From the NCBI RefSeq assembly GCF_006345805.1, contig NC_043023.1, positions 15,500,001 to 15,564,000 of the forward strand: DNA of 64,000 nt, given 5' to 3'. The notes beneath the pieces are model-generated. The model had not been told where the DNA came from. It worked only from the letters and a program-made list of their open reading frames with translations, and did no database searches. The stretch is from Octopus sinensis. Its lineage: Eukaryota. Positions 25,538-39,494 of the stretch are shown here, one piece after another (positions within the stretch are counted from its first letter, which is position 1; each line of letters begins with the position of its first letter). A program made the translations under genes and the position numbers.

Positions 25538-26240
25538 TATTGTTCTATAGTATACAGACAGAAAATATATTTTCCCCTTCTTCTTTATATATATCTTCTA
25601 CAGCAAATCTGATCTTGAATATCTGAAAATGATACAAACACCTTTCCAGATTTTCTCACATTCAAACTGAATGTGAAATACTTTTGTAAATATTCCTGGC
25701 AATGAGGAAAACAAATGTTGCTATTAATTCAGAAGAAATATTTCACCGTTATTCACCAGAGATATATTATATAAACAGAGTTATTATCTATTATTTATAA
25801 CGGCTGACAATCGTTTTCAAAACATGATCAATATTCATGATGTATCTCACGTAAAACTCCTTTATACGAGTATCTGAAATGACACAGAAACAGTAGAAGA
25901 TATAGGAAAGACTTAAAAAGCAAAGATTTAACAATAAAAATTATAACTACATTTTCATAATGATAAACTGTGGATATAAACTTTTACCCGAAGAAATTAC
26001 ACTTTAAAATGATACTCATGACACAAGACATTACTTTCGTCTATAATGACCTGAGTCATAAATCTAATACTTTCTCTAGTTTAGTTTCAATGCACCCAAA
26101 CAAACAAAAGGAAAAGCAGTGTAAATAACGGACAGTCAAAACTATTGAAAAGGTTGCAAGACGCAACGAAAATTTTAGGAAAAAAGGAAATAAGTAAGAA
26201 ATAACTGCAAAATTTTACCGATGTGTTAAGTTATAAGGCA

Positions 26241-26470
26241 TCAACCACAGTGAAAATTTTGTTGATCCGACAAATGCGTCGGTGCACATACAGACGATAG
26301 AGAGATTGTGGGGGTCAGTTAAGAGATCAGTTGTTCGCCCAGGCATTCGTGCCTGTTACTTAAAGCAATACCTCTCCAAGTTCCTATTTATGGAAAGCAT
26401 CAAACCTGCTGCCAAGAGAATACACGTATTCTTATTGGCAGCAGCAAGTCTTTATCCTGGCCCAAGATAA
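26241..26470 (+). mobile_element. Merlin (IS1595/ISXO2-like) DDE transposase C-terminal fragment
   Basis: INHSENFVDPTNASVHIQTIERLWGSVKR...YLKQYLSKFLF matches the NH..F....HTQ.IE..W motif of this family. Confidence 0.75.
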
Positions 26471-26880
26471 TTTTTTCCTCCAACCCATCTCATTTCTTTA
26501 TTATCAATGTCAATGGACCACTCAAAGAGGTATGTATACATTATCATTTTCGTAACATAATTTCTGTAGTATTTCAAGATGTTTCTGACACGTATTTTGA
26601 TTCATATGGCGGAGATCCAACATTTCTTCACTTTTTCCAGAATTTCTTTTCTTTTCTTTTTTTTTTTTGCGAATCATAAACTCCGTATTTCGCAAAAAAA
26701 AAAAATAAAGAGAAGAAATTCTGGAAAAAGTGAAGAAATGTTGGATCTCCGCCATGTGAATCAAAATACGTGTCAGAAACATCTTGAAATACTACAGAAA
26801 TTATGTTACGAAAATGATAATGTATACATACCTCTTTGAGTGGTCCATCGATAATGATGATAAAGAAATGAGTTGGATTT
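26470..26880. repeat. Near-perfect inverted repeat, arms ~190 bp, loop ~19 nt
   Basis: ORFs 26522..26782(-) and 26579..26839(+) are near-identical, which reflects the palindrome. Confidence 0.9.
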
Positions 26881-28257
26881 GAACTCAGAATATTGACTAA
26901 CACAACTACATACTACAAGACTCAAAATATTCAGCCAAGTCACCACCCTTTAACTAGCAATAATAATAACATCAATAACATAACAGCCAAAAGATTTATT
27001 TGTTCTGAAAATAACAATCATAGTAAATAAATATGTTCTTTAATATTCACATTCATGTGCACAGTTAAACACACTTACATACAAACAGTCACGCATGCAT
27101 AATACAGAACGGAACACATAAATGAAGGATGCATTACTTAGTATATATTACATCTAGAGAATTTTGATTAGTAAGTCAAATATGCAAATTATAAAGATAA
27201 TTAATTGCTTTACTAAACAGTGTTGTAAAGGTGAAAGAATAAATTTGGGAAAAAAATACACGCCAAAACTAATTAATAAAGGATAATTAGGGAAGGATTG
27301 ACACAAAATAATAATTTTTTCTGATAAATGCATCTTAATAAGTGAGAAGAATTGCATATATCTGAACTATTTCAAAGAAAAGCATAAATTTAATGTTTAA
27401 AATAGCTTTAACCAAGGAATGAGATCCAACATTTCTTCACTTTTTCCAGAATTTCTTCTCTTTATTTTTTTTTTTTTGCGAAATACGGAGTTTATGATTC
27501 ATGTGTGAGTGTGTGTTCTTGATACTCGTTTAGAACAAGTAGTTTTACACCAATTACACTATTTTTTCTTAGTTTAAAGGCCGTGGACTGAAGATGTGAA
27601 ATTTCCGAAGCCTCTCCCCCACCCCCCTTTCGCGAGCGCGCATTTTTTTTCATGATAGTCGTTTAGAGCAAGTTGTTTTACACCTATTACGCTGTTTTTG
27701 TTTTTGTTTTTGTGCCCGGTTCAGACGCTTTCGGAAATTCCCGATATAAATATTCCGAGGCCTCTCCCCCACCCCTCTTTCTCGAGAGCGCAATAAGGTT
27801 ACAGAAGGAAAAGTCGTGGTGGGTTAGTGTTTAAATTATACTTGTGTTTATGTTTGATGTATTCTAAAAGTCAGGACAGTCGGGAACACAAGCGAATTTC
27901 ATTAAGAGGTCTGCTCAATCAGGGATGACCTTGGGCTAAACAACAGTGACTTGCCACGTTTCTGAAGATAGTAGAATATTATTGTCCACCGTTTTGTAGT
28001 TTAACATTTTCCATAATATCTGAAGGTGGAGGGGTTAAACTAAAGCGTTACACCATTCAAAGAAACAAAAAAAAATGTGTGTAATAGGTGTAAAACAAGC
28101 CAATGTGGTTAGCCATGGATGGCTTCTAAACTTCCTTTAGTTTAACCGAATTAACATCGATGTCAAACTAGCAACTTTTAAAACTTTTTACTTTTCTTTG
28201 GAGTTTCCAATTAGCCAGGTTAATCGGCTTCTGCTAAAAAATAAAATATATATTACA

Positions 28258-28460
28258 TCTTACCTGTTTTGATAAGTAGATCATATGTTACGATAATTAG
28301 ATTAATGTGAATTAATGTTAATTACTCAAAAGAGCAATTAACGGGAATATAGTTTAAAGACACTTTAAAAGTCGGCATGGAAAGTCAACGAAACGAACTA
28401 AAAATCCTGATGTTGTATACCTCGTATTACTACACATTTGTCGGATGATAAAACTGAGTT
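28258..28460 (-). promoter_or_regulatory. Putative exon-1 module of gene D
   Basis: Reverse strand: ATCATCCGACAAA, TTAGTTCGTTTCG (~28401), AG|GTAAGA at 28263. Confidence 0.55.
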
Positions 28461-29459
28461 GGTAAATTTTTAATGTTTTATTATTGCTATAATTACTACT
28501 TAAAATTTTGAATTTTAAGAAAAAAATCCAAATGATGGCAAAAGATACAAAACTAAAGCTTATTTTCCAGTCGATTGCTACTTTTACGCTGTTCTGTCGT
28601 CGAACCCGTAAGTTACAGGGACGGAACGAAACGAATACAGCTTATCAGAGTGATGTTGGATGAGGATAGGGGGAAAGATGCAGGCATCAGTGTTCGAAAA
28701 CCATTGTTTGTTTGTTTATATTCCAGTAACTTAGTTGTGCAATGGAAGAGGGCGGGGGTAAAGAATACGCACACCACCCGTTTACGGTGTAAGCCTAATC
28801 CATGGGTCGCAGGAGGCGGAGAGGTCAAGCAAGCAGAGACGACAGAGCAGAGACGAGGAAGCGACAGGACGTGTCAAATTCGTAAGAGACCTCGGATCTT
28901 CGCCGAGGTAAGGCCTTTTGTATTTCTTCCTCCCGTTGCTTCTTCTGTTGTCCTCTTCATCCATCACACTACACATACATACTTGTCCTTCTCATCAAGT
29001 AAACTCTTAGCAGAAAAAAAATCAGAAAAATGCCTTTTATCACCCGCCTTCTTAAAAAGAATGGCGGTGCCCCAGCATGGCCACAGCTCGTGAGCTGAAC
29101 CTAGATGAAAATAAATAAATAAAACTAAGGGAGGTCTCTCCCGTTTTTATTTCTAATACTCTTTAAACGATTGAATTTGGATTTAATAAGATTAATATTG
29201 AATAAGACTTTGCGGGTCAGCTTTACATAATTTCTTGGGTATTGGTTAGAAAACAACCCACGGGTTTCTCACCTTAACCTTTAAAAGAAATAAACGAAGA
29301 ACGACACTACAGGTTTAAAGAGGAGATCGTAAGAGTAGCAAAAAACCTGAAAATAAGTAATCAGCATATACTTTTGTATTTTTTGACATTATTCGGGTTT
29401 TTTTCATTATAATTCACATTTCGTAAACGTAATTATAGCAATAAAAACCATCGAAAATT

Positions 29460-29655
29460 TACCACTTCAGTTTTAGCATCCGACAAATGCGTAGTAATAG
29501 GACGGATACAGTATTTAGAAGTTAGTTCGTTTCGTTGACGTTCCGTGTCGGTTTTTCTAAAGTGCCTTTAAATTATATTTCCCGCCAGATCAATCCTTTC
29601 TGTAATTAACGTTAATTCATATTAAACACTAATTTATTTATCATCACAGGTAAGA
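29460..29655 (+). promoter_or_regulatory. Putative core promoter and non-coding exon 1 of gene E
   Basis: TAGCATCCGACAAA, then Inr-like TTAGTTCGTTTCG (~29522), then AG|GTAAGA donor at 29650. One diverged copy per gene, oriented toward that gene. Confidence 0.55.
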
Positions 29656-31466
29656 TACAATACATGTTTTGTCTGTAGTAAAAGCCGATGACCCTGGTTA
29701 ATTGGAAACTCCAGACAATTGTGAAAGTTTTGAATGTTGCTAATCTGATTTCGATATTAATTCCATTCTCCGTTAAACTTCTTGGATAATGCCAAGAAAA
29801 TCTAATCTTAATTTTTACTTGGTATGTCGATGAAAAAGCACCAAATTTTTAATGTCTTTTAGGCGATGTTACGGTATAAGTACCGGATACATTTTTAAAA
29901 AGTGGGTTTTTTTTATATATGGGGGGGTTAGGGTTTCTGTTAGGGGTGGGAGAAAAGGGTTTCTGTTATAAATCATTAAAATCCTTAAAAATGTTTAAGC
30001 CGCGGCCATGCTGGGGCACCACCGCTGGAACTCATATCTTCAGAGATGTAAACAAAGTCACGTGTGTACATATACCGAAGGATCGCCACATACCCTAACC
30101 CTAACACAAACCCTAGCCCTCACAGAAACCCTAACTTTAACCCTCACCCTAACTCCCCATATATAAAAAAAACACTTTTTTGAAATGTATCTGGTACTTC
30201 CGGAAGTACACCGGTACTTATACCGTAAGATCGCCTTCTTTTATTACAGTAGACATTCCATTTGTTACTTGTGTCCATTCGAAGCTGTCTATCGCTTTAT
30301 TATAGAGGTATAACTTGCTACGTATCACTATTTGCTGTTTATTTTGTCAAAATGATTGGCTTTAATAGTTATCTCTTTTCTCTGTTTCAGTCATTTGACT
30401 GTGGCCATGCTGGAGCACCACCGTTCAGTCGAGTAAATCGACTCCAGGACTTATTCTTTGTAAGGCTAGGGTCACTTTTGTCGAACCGCTAGGTCATGGG
30501 GACGTAAACACACCAGCATCGGTCGTCCAGCGATGTTAGGGTGACAAACACAGACACATAAGCACAGACACAAACATACATATACACATATATACAACGG
30601 GCTTCTTTCCATGCTTCCTGAGATTCGCCAACACTACACCTGATTTTCTCCCCTCCATACACACGCAAGCATGTATCTGACTCATACACTGTTCACTTCC
30701 CATACATTTGTACATTACTGTATATAATTTATACGCACTTTTGACAAGTTGTGGTGCACCTGAGCACTGTATACAGTAATTTCATTATTATTATTTTAAA
30801 AGTCGTGAACACAACCTAATTTCATTAATAGACCTGTTCAGCCAGGGATGATTCCGGACTAAACAACAGTGACTTATCACATTTCTGAAGATAGTAGGAA
30901 GTTATTGTCCAATATTTTGTAGTTTAACATTTTACATAATATCTGAAGGTAAAGGAACGGAAGTCTGTGTATAGAGACTAATTATTCGGGTTAAGGTTTA
31001 TGTAAACAGTTTATTATTATGAAAATGTAGTAATATTTTTTATAGTTGAATCTCTGCTTTTCAAGTCTTTCCTATATCTTCTACTGTTTCTGTGTCATGT
31101 CAGAATATGAGATGTTAGTGGTATAAAGGAGTTTTTACATCAGATACATCATGAATATTGATCATCATTTGAAGACTAATGGAAGATATTATAAATGATA
31201 TATATAACCCTGTTTCTATTACAAATCTATGGTGAATGACTGTGAAATATTTCTTTGGAATTAATACGAACGTTTGTTTTCTTCATTGCCAGTATTTTAC
31301 ATTCTGTTTGAATTTGGAAAAATCTGTGAAGGTCTTTGTATTATCTTCAGATATTCGAGAAGATCAGATTTGCTGTAAATATAGCAGTAGAAGTATTTGA
31401 ATCAACAAAGACATTTATAAAGAAGAAAAAAAAAAAGATTTTGGTGTTGCATACTGCAGAAGAATA

Positions 31467-32099
31467 ATGAATCCGCCGGAGATGACAAAAGAAAGAGAAA
31501 AATTATCAGACCAATGTGATATCTGTAAAAAGACTTTTTCTAATACAGCAAATCTCACTGTTCACAAGTGTATTGATCCAAGTGGAAAGCAATATCGCTG
31601 TGATATCTGTGGTAGATCATTCTCTCATAACAGTAACCTTACTAAACACAAATACATTCACACAGGAGAGGAACCATATCACTGTGATATCTGTGATAAA
31701 TCCTTTTCATTAAAAAGTCATTTAATTACTCACAAACTAACACATACAGGTGAGAAGCCACATCACTGCGATATTTGTGGTAAAACATTCCCTCATAAGA
31801 ATAGCCTTACTTATCACAAATCAATTCATACAGGAGAGAAACCATATCAGTATGATATTTGTGGTAAATCATTCTCTCAAAAAGGTAACTTTGATTCTCA
31901 CAAATCAATTCATACAGGAGAGAAACCATATCACTGCAATATCTGTGGTAAATCCTTTGTATTAAGAAGTTATTTAACTGCTCATGAACGTACTCACACT
32001 GATGAGAGGCCATATCAGTGTGATATTTGTGGTAAATCATTCTCTGGAAAAAGTAACCTTACTAGACACAAATACATTCATACAGGAGAGAAATCATAG
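31467..32099 (+). CDS. C2H2 zinc-finger protein E, 210 aa, 7 fingers
   Basis: Uninterrupted [15 protein letters not shown]...HTGEKS*. One finger has Cys>Tyr (YQYDIC). Confidence 0.9.
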   Translation: MNPPEMTKEREKLSDQCDICKKTFSNTANLTVHKCIDPSGKQYRCDICGRSFSHNSNLTKHKYIHTGEEPYHCDICDKSFSLKSHLITHKLTHTGEKPHHCDICGKTFPHKNSLTYHKSIHTGEKPYQYDICGKSFSQKGNFDSHKSIHTGEKPYHCNICGKSFVLRSYLTAHERTHTDERPYQCDICGKSFSGKSNLTRHKYIHTGEKS

Positions 32100-33184
32100 C
32101 ACTGTGATATCTGCAGTAAATCATTCTAAGTCTATTCATAAAGGAGACAAACTATGTCACTGTGATATCTGTGGTAAGTCATTCTCTTGGGAATGTGCTA
32201 TATATACTCATAAATGTATTTATACAGGAGAGAAGCCCTATCACTGTGATATCTGTGGTAAATCATTGTCTTTGGAACAACATTTAACTAATCACAAATA
32301 CATTCATACAGGAGAGAAAGCATAGCACAGTAATATCTGCAGTAAATCATTCTGTGTAAGAAAATATTTTTATCACAAATCCAGTTAGATTGGGGAGATA
32401 TTGTATCACTGTGTTCATCATCAACATCGTTTAACGTCCGCTTTCCATGCTAGCATGGGTTGGACGGTTCAACTGGGGTGTGGGAAGCCAGAAGGCTGCA
32501 CCAGGCTCCAGTCTGATCTAGCAGTGATTCTACAGCTGGATGCCCTTCTTAACGCCAACTACTCCGTGAGTCTAGTGGGTGCTTTTTACATGCCACCGGC
32601 AAAGGTGCCAGACAAGGTTCGCAAACGTCCACGTTCGGATAGTTCTCTTATGTGCCACCGGCCTTGGTATCACAGCTACAAATTCCATTGATGTTGATCG
32701 ATTATGACTTTGATTTTTGGTTTTGATATCTGTAGTAAATCATTCTCTTAGGATTATGTTGTTTAACTAATTTTAAATGCATTCATACAGGAGAGAAGAC
32801 ATATTGCTGTGTTATCTGTGCAAAATCATTCTCTTAACGTAATTTAACTAAACCTGTTTTTATTCATATTGATCAATAACAATACCAGTGATAAAATGGG
32901 GAATGAAATACAGCAATTGTATTACTTTTTTTGAGACAAATAAACTTTTTACATTTTCTTCATTTGTGTTTTCGTGTGGATATATTATTTCGACACCATT
33001 GTATCACGTTCCAGTTCCCAACGATGATCAGTTCTTCTCTGCTGGACATGCTTAGGCTATCCCACGATCTGCAGCCTATAATCTAATGAACAATATGTGT
33101 CCATAGCTTGTACTGGGTACACTACATGGAGTTTCTCCTGACATCTTTTCTACATGCCTAAAAGGGCCATCTCTGTCTTTGGTC

Positions 33185-34410
33185 TTTGCTAAATTTACTG
33201 AATGGTTTTTCAATCCAGATGTTGCTTCCATACCTGAAATTTGTTCTCTAATTTTGGTAGGGATTCAGCAATAATAACAAGGTCATCAGCTTGGAAGAGA
33301 TCCCAAGGGCAGCCAATCTTAAATTCCTCTGTTATTGCTTGCAGGACTATGATAAACAAGAGTGGGGTGAAAAACGATCCTTGGTGAACTCCTATTTTGA
33401 CACTAAAATTCATGCTATACTCATTGGTGACATTTACCTTACTGACAGCATCCCTATACATGGCTTTTGCATGTCTCACCAACCACTCATCTCTCCCTAA
33501 ACGACGATGCTGTGGTGATCTCATTCTTGCTCACAACATCATAAGCAGAAAGTGTAACCTCTCGAAAGATCTGTTCTTCACTCCTGCTCCAGAGCGTCGG
33601 CTGCAGGGTCACTCTGAAAAGCTCTATCTGTGACAATTTCATCTCAATCGATGGAGAAGGGCTTTCTCAGTCCGGGTTGCGGATCCGTGGAAAAAGTCCC
33701 TCTTGACCAGAAATGGCCTGAACACTTTGTATGACTACCCTCCCTGTACATAATTCCATGTCCCCCTACATGGCCTTGCTTTTTGCTTTTTGAGCCAAAA
33801 AATTAACTTAACTTAGCTTCTCTATTGCTCCCCAAATAATAGAGTAGGGGATTCTGTCAAAAGCTTTCTCCATGTCAACAAAATCCAAATGCAAAGATAT
33901 ATCTTTGACCAAGTACTTCTGCTTTTGCCTCACCAGGAAGATAGCATTGCTGGTGCTTCTAGTTGATACAATTCTACACCTTGATCCATGGAACTTACAT
34001 TGATATATGAGGAGACCTATTGAGTCAAGTACATCAACAACAAAAAATAAAATGGAAATTGTAGTTGTGATACCTGTGCCGGTGGCAAGTAAAAAGCACC
34101 ATCCGAACATGGCTGATGCGAGCACCACCTTGACTGGCTTCTATGCCGGTGAAAAGCACCAACCGATCATAGCCGATGCCAGCCTTGCCTGGCACCTGTG
34201 CTGGTGGCATGTAAAATGCACCCACTACACTCATGGAGTGGTTGGCATTAGGAAGGAATTTGAGATTGGCTGCCCTTGGGATCTCTTCCAAACTGATGAC
34301 CTTGTTCTTATTGCTGAATCCCTACCACAATTAGAGAACAAATTTCAGGTATGGAAGCAAGATCTGGATTGAAAAGCCATACAGTAAATTTAGCAAAGAC
34401 CAAAGACAGA
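33185..34410 (-). mobile_element. Composite RTE reverse-transcriptase / CR1 fragments
   Basis: RTE RT pieces FVDMEKAFDR (33808-34000), GVHQGS..PLLF and QADDLV (33210-33500), a CR1 3' piece (~33500-33780, +), and an inverted RT piece (~34255-34400, +). Confidence 0.8.
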
Positions 34411-34581
34411 TCCTGTCAGGGAGATGGCCCTGCTCGGCATGGAGAAAAGGGCATCCAGCTGTAGAAACACTGCCAGATCAGACTGGAGCCTGGTGCAGCC
34501 ATCTGGCTTCCCAGAGACCCGGTCAAACCGTCCAACCCATGCCATCGAGGAAAGCAGACATTAAGCGATGACGATGATGCA

Positions 34582-34790
34582 GAAACGTTAGCAGGCCGGG
34601 CAAAATGCTTTGCGGTATTTCGTCTGTCGTTACATTCTGAGTTCAAATTCCGCCAAGGTCGACTTTGCCTGTCATCCTTTTGGGGTCGATAAATAAAGTA
34701 CCAGTTTCGCACTGGGGTCGATGTAATCGACTTAATCCCTTTGTCTGTCCCCTCTATGTTTAGCCCCTTGTGTGCAGCAAAGAAATAGAT
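34582..34790 (+). mobile_element. Second SINE family (GCAGAAACGTTAGC head; GCCCCTTGTGGGTAATAAAGAAAT-type tail)
   Basis: B-box-like GAGTTCAAATTCC. Copies at ~20245-20428(-), 42305-42480(-), 43262-43443(+), 48980-49190(-). Confidence 0.8.
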
Positions 34791-36879
34791 GATGATAATG
34801 ATATAATTAATGGAAGATACAAGAATATTTATTGATCACTATAATTGCTTCAACACATCTTGCTTCGATCCTTTATGAGTGGAATATTGAAGAGTTGCTT
34901 TATGGGTATCCAACAGTGTAGATGTGTCTTTTCAGGTGATTACAAGATATATTTCATTAAAATAACGTCTTTTCTTCAAAATTTCTTCTTGTTATGCGTT
35001 TGTTTTATAATTTATTGATATTATTTGATTTACAAAACACAAGGTATTAAATGTTAAGATGGCCATTTGCACCATCCGATCATGGACGTTTGCCAGCCTC
35101 ATCTAGCACCTGTGCCGGTGGCATGTAAAAAGCACCAACCGATCATGGCTGCTGCCAGCCTCCCCTGGTACCTGTGCCGGTGGCACGTAAAGAGCATGCA
35201 CTACACTCACGGAGTGGTTGGCGTTACGAAGGGCATCCTGCCATAGAGACACTGCCAGATCAGACTGGGCCTGGTGCAGCCTTCTGGCTTCCCAGACCCC
35301 AGTCGAACCATCCAACCCATGCTAGCATGGAAAACGGACACTAAACGATGATGATGCTGTGAATGTGAGATAATGAGTTGGCACAAAAGAACTACCATTT
35401 GAGCCTTATCTATGCCAGTGCCATCTGGCTGCGCCCCCTTCCGTGCCAGTCACACTTGAAAAACACCCACTACACTCTTGTTGTTAAGCAACAAGACAGG
35501 TAAGGGAAATAAAAAATCTTTGGTCGTCTTGTTGCAGTCGAGGGCGCTTTCCATTGACGCACGACACCACTGGGAGGTGGCCCTTGAAGTCGCTGGAAAT
35601 GGAGATCTCCAGGTCCAAATTCTTGGACGGCCCCGCTACACTCTCAGAGTGGTTGGCATTAGGAAGGGCACCCAGCTGTAGAAACTCTGCCAGATCAGAT
35701 TGGAATCTGGTGCAGCCATCTGGCTCACCAGCCCTCAGTCAAAATCGTCCAACCCATGCCAGTATGGAAAGTGGATGTTAAATGATGATGATGAACCATT
35801 TACATTTTTACAATAGATATTTATAGGGAAGTCCCATGTTGAATAATTCTAACCAATTGCATAGTAAGCTACAGCAATTTTAGAACGGGACAACATTGCA
35901 TAGTGCCAAAGATCCCGGCAATGACATCATGCTTCAGGACCAGCTTCTGCAACAGCCTTGGTTTCAAGGGCCCACAGCTTTTTAATATTCTCCCAAAGAG
36001 TCTGAGGAACTTGCACAAAGTAGATGTAGTGATTTTTAAATCAAAGCTGGACATCTTCCTGTCGAGAGTCCCAGATGAACCTACCTCACGGCCAGAGGTA
36101 CAAATGAGAGTAGCTATATCAAACTCCATTCTTCACCAAGTGCCACATATTAGAGGAAGTTCTTCGTAATAACATTGTAGTACAAAACGGCGGTGCATCA
36201 GTATGGCTGCAGCTCTGAGCTGAATCAAGTAAAAAAAAAAAAAATTGGTACCAACAGATAATCAACATATTTAACAATGAAGACATTGCATGCTTTCACT
36301 TGAAATGTGACATATCCCCACATTTCGCCTATGAAATTTAATTTGTCACCCGTCATGCTACAAAGAAATTTTGCTGTTTTTCTCAACATAGGCGCAGGAG
36401 TGGCTGTGTGGTAAGTAGCTTGCTTATGAACCATAAGGTTCCGGGTTCAGCCCCACTGCATGGCATCTTGGTCAAGTGTCTTCTACTATAGCCTTGGGTT
36501 GACCAAAGCCTTGTGAGTGGGTTTGGTAGACGGAAACTGAAAGAAGCCCGTCGTATATATATATATATATATATATATGCGTGTTTGTGTTTGTCCCCCT
36601 AGCATTGCTTGACAACCGATGCTGGTGTGTTTATGTCCCCGTCACTTAGTGGTTTGGCAAAAGAGACCGATATCATAAGTACTGGGCTTACAAAAGAATA
36701 AGTCCTGGGGTCGATTTGCTTGATTAAAGGCGGTAAGTTTCTTGCTTCTGAACCATAAGGTTCCGGGTTCAGTCCCACTACGTGGCACCTTGGGCAAGTG
36801 TCTTCTACTATAGCCTCGGGCCGACCGAAACCTTGTAAGTGGATTTGGTAGACAAAAACTGAAAGAAGCCCATCATATA

Positions 36880-36887
36880 TATGTATG

Positions 36888-36926
<39 letters not shown>
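36880..36926. repeat. (TA)n(TG)n microsatellite within SINE
   Basis: Read directly; similar tracts at ~18445, ~36555 and ~58790. Confidence 0.85.
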
Positions 36927-36927
<1 letters not shown>

Positions 36928-39494
36928 AAATTTTGTATGTCTATATTTCTCCCCCCAACATCGCTTGACTATTGAAGCTGGTGCGTTTACGTCCCTGTAA
37001 CTTAGCAGTTCGGCAAAAGTGACTGATAGAATAAGTCCTGGGGTCTATTTTCTTGACTAAAGGCGGTGCTCCAACATGCCCACTGTCAAATGACTGAAGC
37101 ATGTAGAAGAGATAGGTTTCCCTAATTTCTTCCATATACAGTCAACTCTCGCTACTTTGCCACCCTGCGGGACTGAGCCAGAGTGGCATAGTACCGAGGG
37201 TCTGTTATCTAAACACTACATAACCAAAAATTTACTGAACATACGAATAAAAATTCATAGGGTAGGAAGTAAGGCCAATAAGAATTTCAATGCAATGGTA
37301 AAAAGAAGACATCCATGTTTATTAAGTTCAAATTGCTTTTAGTTAATCCTGAAGCTCTCAAAAATTGTCGGCTGACGCATCTACTTTCGGGCGATTTCAT
37401 TCATTTCATTGTCTAGCCTATCATACGCCTGTATGACCCTGGGTTCTCCGCTGCTCTTCTGCTGCATAAACTTTCGGATAGTGCTCCATGCTCTCTGGGC
37501 ATCTGCAAAACTGGCATAGTAGGGAGAGTTGACTGTATCCATATTTATTATTGAAATATCACTTCCAATGTCTAACTGAAGTTTAATATGTATTCCAATC
37601 ATTTTTACATGTACGAATTTTGTTTCTGTTCAGAGCCCTCTAGGATCTTTAATGGTTGATCTTCAGAATTTAGTTCTGCAGTGTGAATTTCTGTATATTC
37701 AGTGTTGTAAGGCCTTTTACCACAAAAGACACCTGAACATCTCAGGTGTAAATTCTTTGAGTTTAAAAATATTCACACATTCTGTTAATTGTTCCTGCGT
37801 ATGTGATAAAATCACCATCCTCTTTTTTCATTATATTCCAAAACACCATCCAAGTGTTAGAGAAGTTTTATCACCGAATATGTTAGACAGTAATTCCATT
37901 GTTTCTTTAAACAAATTTCATTGAGTTTTTTTGGGGTAATATGAAATTAAAGTAATGTTCATGCTCAGATGGGGCTCATTTATGTCATAATAACCTTACT
38001 TTTTCTGTGTCTGACCATGTCTTACAATCTTCCTTAAAAATTACCTGCTGTAGTACAATGCAACAGTTATACCGTCCTCTGGGTTACAACTGGATTCATT
38101 GAGTCCAAAACGGGGTCTGGCAAAAATGTACTTCCCTCATTTTTGGACTTCTTTGAATAAAGCCCCAATAATTGTTGTTGTTGCTGCCTTTGTCGTTGAT
38201 TTTGCAACAGTTTTAAAGAAGCTAATTAGTCTTCCATGATTTAACAATTTTGTATCACAAAAATTTGTTAACTGACCTGCAAGAGCTTCGAAACCCTCAT
38301 CGCCAGATGTTGTAACATAATTGTTCCGTACAATAAATAAGATAACCAGAAAATTGTAACAACAATCTAATGAACAAACAAATCTTTTAAGAACCAACAT
38401 TTATTATTCCTTAGGAAGTAAACCAAGCGACACCTTCCGACTTCACTTGACTCTGAACCGCAAACCCACTCAGATCGTTACTATTTATACTTTACTCGGA
38501 CCAGTCTATCTCTCACAAGGGGACATGGTAACTCTCATCACAACAGGTGCCATTCTAACCAGATGCCCATGATAAATCCCTGCTTGGTGTCTGGTAAGAA
38601 CAAGACCATGAAAACCTGCTCTACAGAATGATTTAGCAAAAAATAAGTATGATGATAATCCCTTGCATGGGTTGAGCGGGGATGTGTTTGAACCATAGGT
38701 AGAGTGGGGCATTAGGCTCTTGAAAAATATTTCCCACTCTACACCCAAAACTGTGACAAACAGCAATAAGCCTCCAGCTAGTGCCAGAATATGTGGGTAG
38801 TAGCACAAAGGGTGCAGATCCTGGGATCCCTGAGTGTGTCCAGCAGAGGATAACTGATCATGGCTGGGAACTGGAGTGTAATACATTTGTGTCAAAATAA
38901 TATATCCTCAAGAAAACAGACCAAATTAATATAATCAATATTGTTTGAATAAAAAACACAAATCGTAATTAGTGAGTTGATGCAAATGAGGAAAATGTGA
39001 AAAATGAATTTATTTTGTAAAAAGTAATACATTTGCTGTATTTTATTCAGCAGGACATCTGTTTTATCATTGATATTGTTATTGATCAATATGAATAAGT
39101 ATATGTTTAGTTAAGGTAGATTATTGAGAGAATGATTTAGCACAGATTACACAGTCATAAGAATCTTCTCCTGTATGAATATGTTTGTGTTTAGTTTATT
39201 ATTTCTCTCTATGAAAGAATGACTTGTCACAGATGTCACAGTGATAGGATTTCTCTCCTGTATGAATGTATTTGTGATGAGTTCAATATTGTTCCACAGA
39301 GAATGATTTACCTCAGATATCACAGCAATAGAGTTTCTCTCCTGTATGAATACATTATAAGTATATACAGCATATTCCTGAGAGAATGATTTGCTGCAGA
39401 CATCACAGTCACATAGTTTCTATCCAGTATGAGCAGACTTGTAATTAATTAAATATTTTCTTAAACGGAATAATTTACTGCAGATACCACAGTG

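Noticed and set aside
28575-29093. 172-aa ORF between D and E
   Set aside because: Non-ATG start, no recognisable motif, and it ends in a SINE tail.
36390-36470. tRNA-like heads with A/B boxes
   Set aside because: They run into SINE core and tail sequence with no complete cloverleaf, so they are not tRNA genes.
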